DNA of 64,000 nt from Blastocatellia bacterium (lineage in GTDB: Bacteria; Acidobacteriota; Blastocatellia; HR10): positions 22,423 through 86,422 of the forward strand of contig JANWYV010000045.1 of the NCBI GenBank assembly GCA_025055075.1, given 5' to 3'. Below the pieces are notes generated by a model that made no database searches, was not told the DNA's origin, and was given only the letters and a program-made list of their open reading frames with translations. A program made the position numbers and the translations under genes. Of the stretch, positions 63,267-64,000 are shown piece by piece. Numbering within the stretch: position 1 is the first letter of the stretch; each line of letters begins with the position of its first letter.

Positions 63267-64000
63267 TCACCGAGGCGCGCGAGAACCATTCCCGACTCGC
63301 GATGCACGCCTTGTGCCTGTCCGAGGCGGAAAGATCATGGAGAGATCGCGCAAGCTCTCCCGAAGGAGAGCGCGAACGATTCGAGGGGGGATGTCGTCGC
63401 GCACCGTCACATGCCCGATGCGCGTCGGAAGCACGAAGGTCAATCGTCCCGCTCGCGCCTTCTTATCATGGCGCATCGCGGCCAGGATCTCGTCCGGATC
63501 AAGATCGGCGATCGAAGGAAAAGGCCCGCAGGCGGCGATCGCCTGCCGAAGGCGCTCGGCCTCCTCGGGAGCGAACATCTTCAGACGAACGGCCAAGCGT
63601 CCGGCCATGAGCATCCCGTAACCGACGGCCTCGCCATGTTTCAATCGGCGATAGCGCGTGACGGCCTCCAGCGCATGTCCGAAAGTGTGGCCGAAGTTGA
63701 GAATACGCCGAAGCCCGGATTCTCGCTCGTCGCGTCGCACGATCTCGGCTTTGATTTCGCAGCAGCGTCGAATCATCGGCACGAGGGCCGTCGCCTCGCC
63801 ATTTTTCAGCGCCTCCATGCGCGCGACGATGTGATCGAAGAGCCTTGCATCCCGAATGACGCCATACTTAAGCGCCTCGCATAAACCGGCCTCCATCTCC
63901 CGAGGCGGGAGCGTGCGCAGAGTCGCGACGTCGGCGAGCACAAGGCGCGGTTGGTGAAACGCGCCGACGAGATTCTTCCCTTGCGGTAAGTTCACGCCGG
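63267..64000 (-). CDS. aroB: 3-dehydroquinate synthase (3' part; the 5' end lies beyond the window)
   Basis: GKNLVGAFHQP, EALKYG, LNFGHTFGHALE, HGEAV, DKK. Confidence 0.95.
   Translation of the reverse strand, partial: GVNLPQGKNLVGAFHQPRLVLADVATLRTLPPREMEAGLCEALKYGVIRDARLFDHIVARMEALKNGEATALVPMIRRCCEIKAEIVRRDERESGLRRILNFGHTFGHALEAVTRYRRLKHGEAVGYGMLMAGRLAVRLKMFAPEEAERLRQAIAACGPFPSIADLDPDEILAAMRHDKKARAGRLTFVLPTRIGHVTVRDDIPPRIVRALLRESLRDLSMIFPPRTGTRRASRVGNGSRAPR

Overview
GC-rich, gene-dense bacterial chromosome segment with about 60 CDSs. I found no rRNA, tRNA, CRISPR array, transposase or prophage. Gene content (an Acidobacterial-type VWA protein, a large VPS10/BNR protein, an Aquificae-like PolA, many Arg/Glu-rich proteins) suggests a thermophilic Acidobacteriota, possibly Blastocatellia-like; this is inference. 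Housekeeping genes include larB, murQ, birA, xerC, trmFO, korA/korB, ispG, pncA, rpsA, hutI, degP, aroA/aroB/aroK and an rsbW/rsbV pair. The best lead is a promoter-bounded, Tat-exported PaoABC/YagTSR-type molybdo-flavoenzyme operon (about 40.0-45.3 kb). Its FAD subunit appears to have lost most [4Fe-4S] ligands and is translationally coupled to a 76-aa 5-Cys protein. The operon also carries a CxxC/CxCC protein and a DUF1326-like protein, with no XdhC/PaoD in the window. Other leads: an OFOR between two stand-alone CBS proteins plus NfuA; a 5'-nuclease-less family A polymerase behind a highly structured intergenic region; an orphan lasso-type kinase and nucleotidyltransferase pair with a small ORF between them; and a LolB-like/LolCDE/LolA-like cluster. 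All calls come from motif recognition by eye; no searches were run. Where I moved a start codon from the ORF track, the choice rests on RBS or promoter position.
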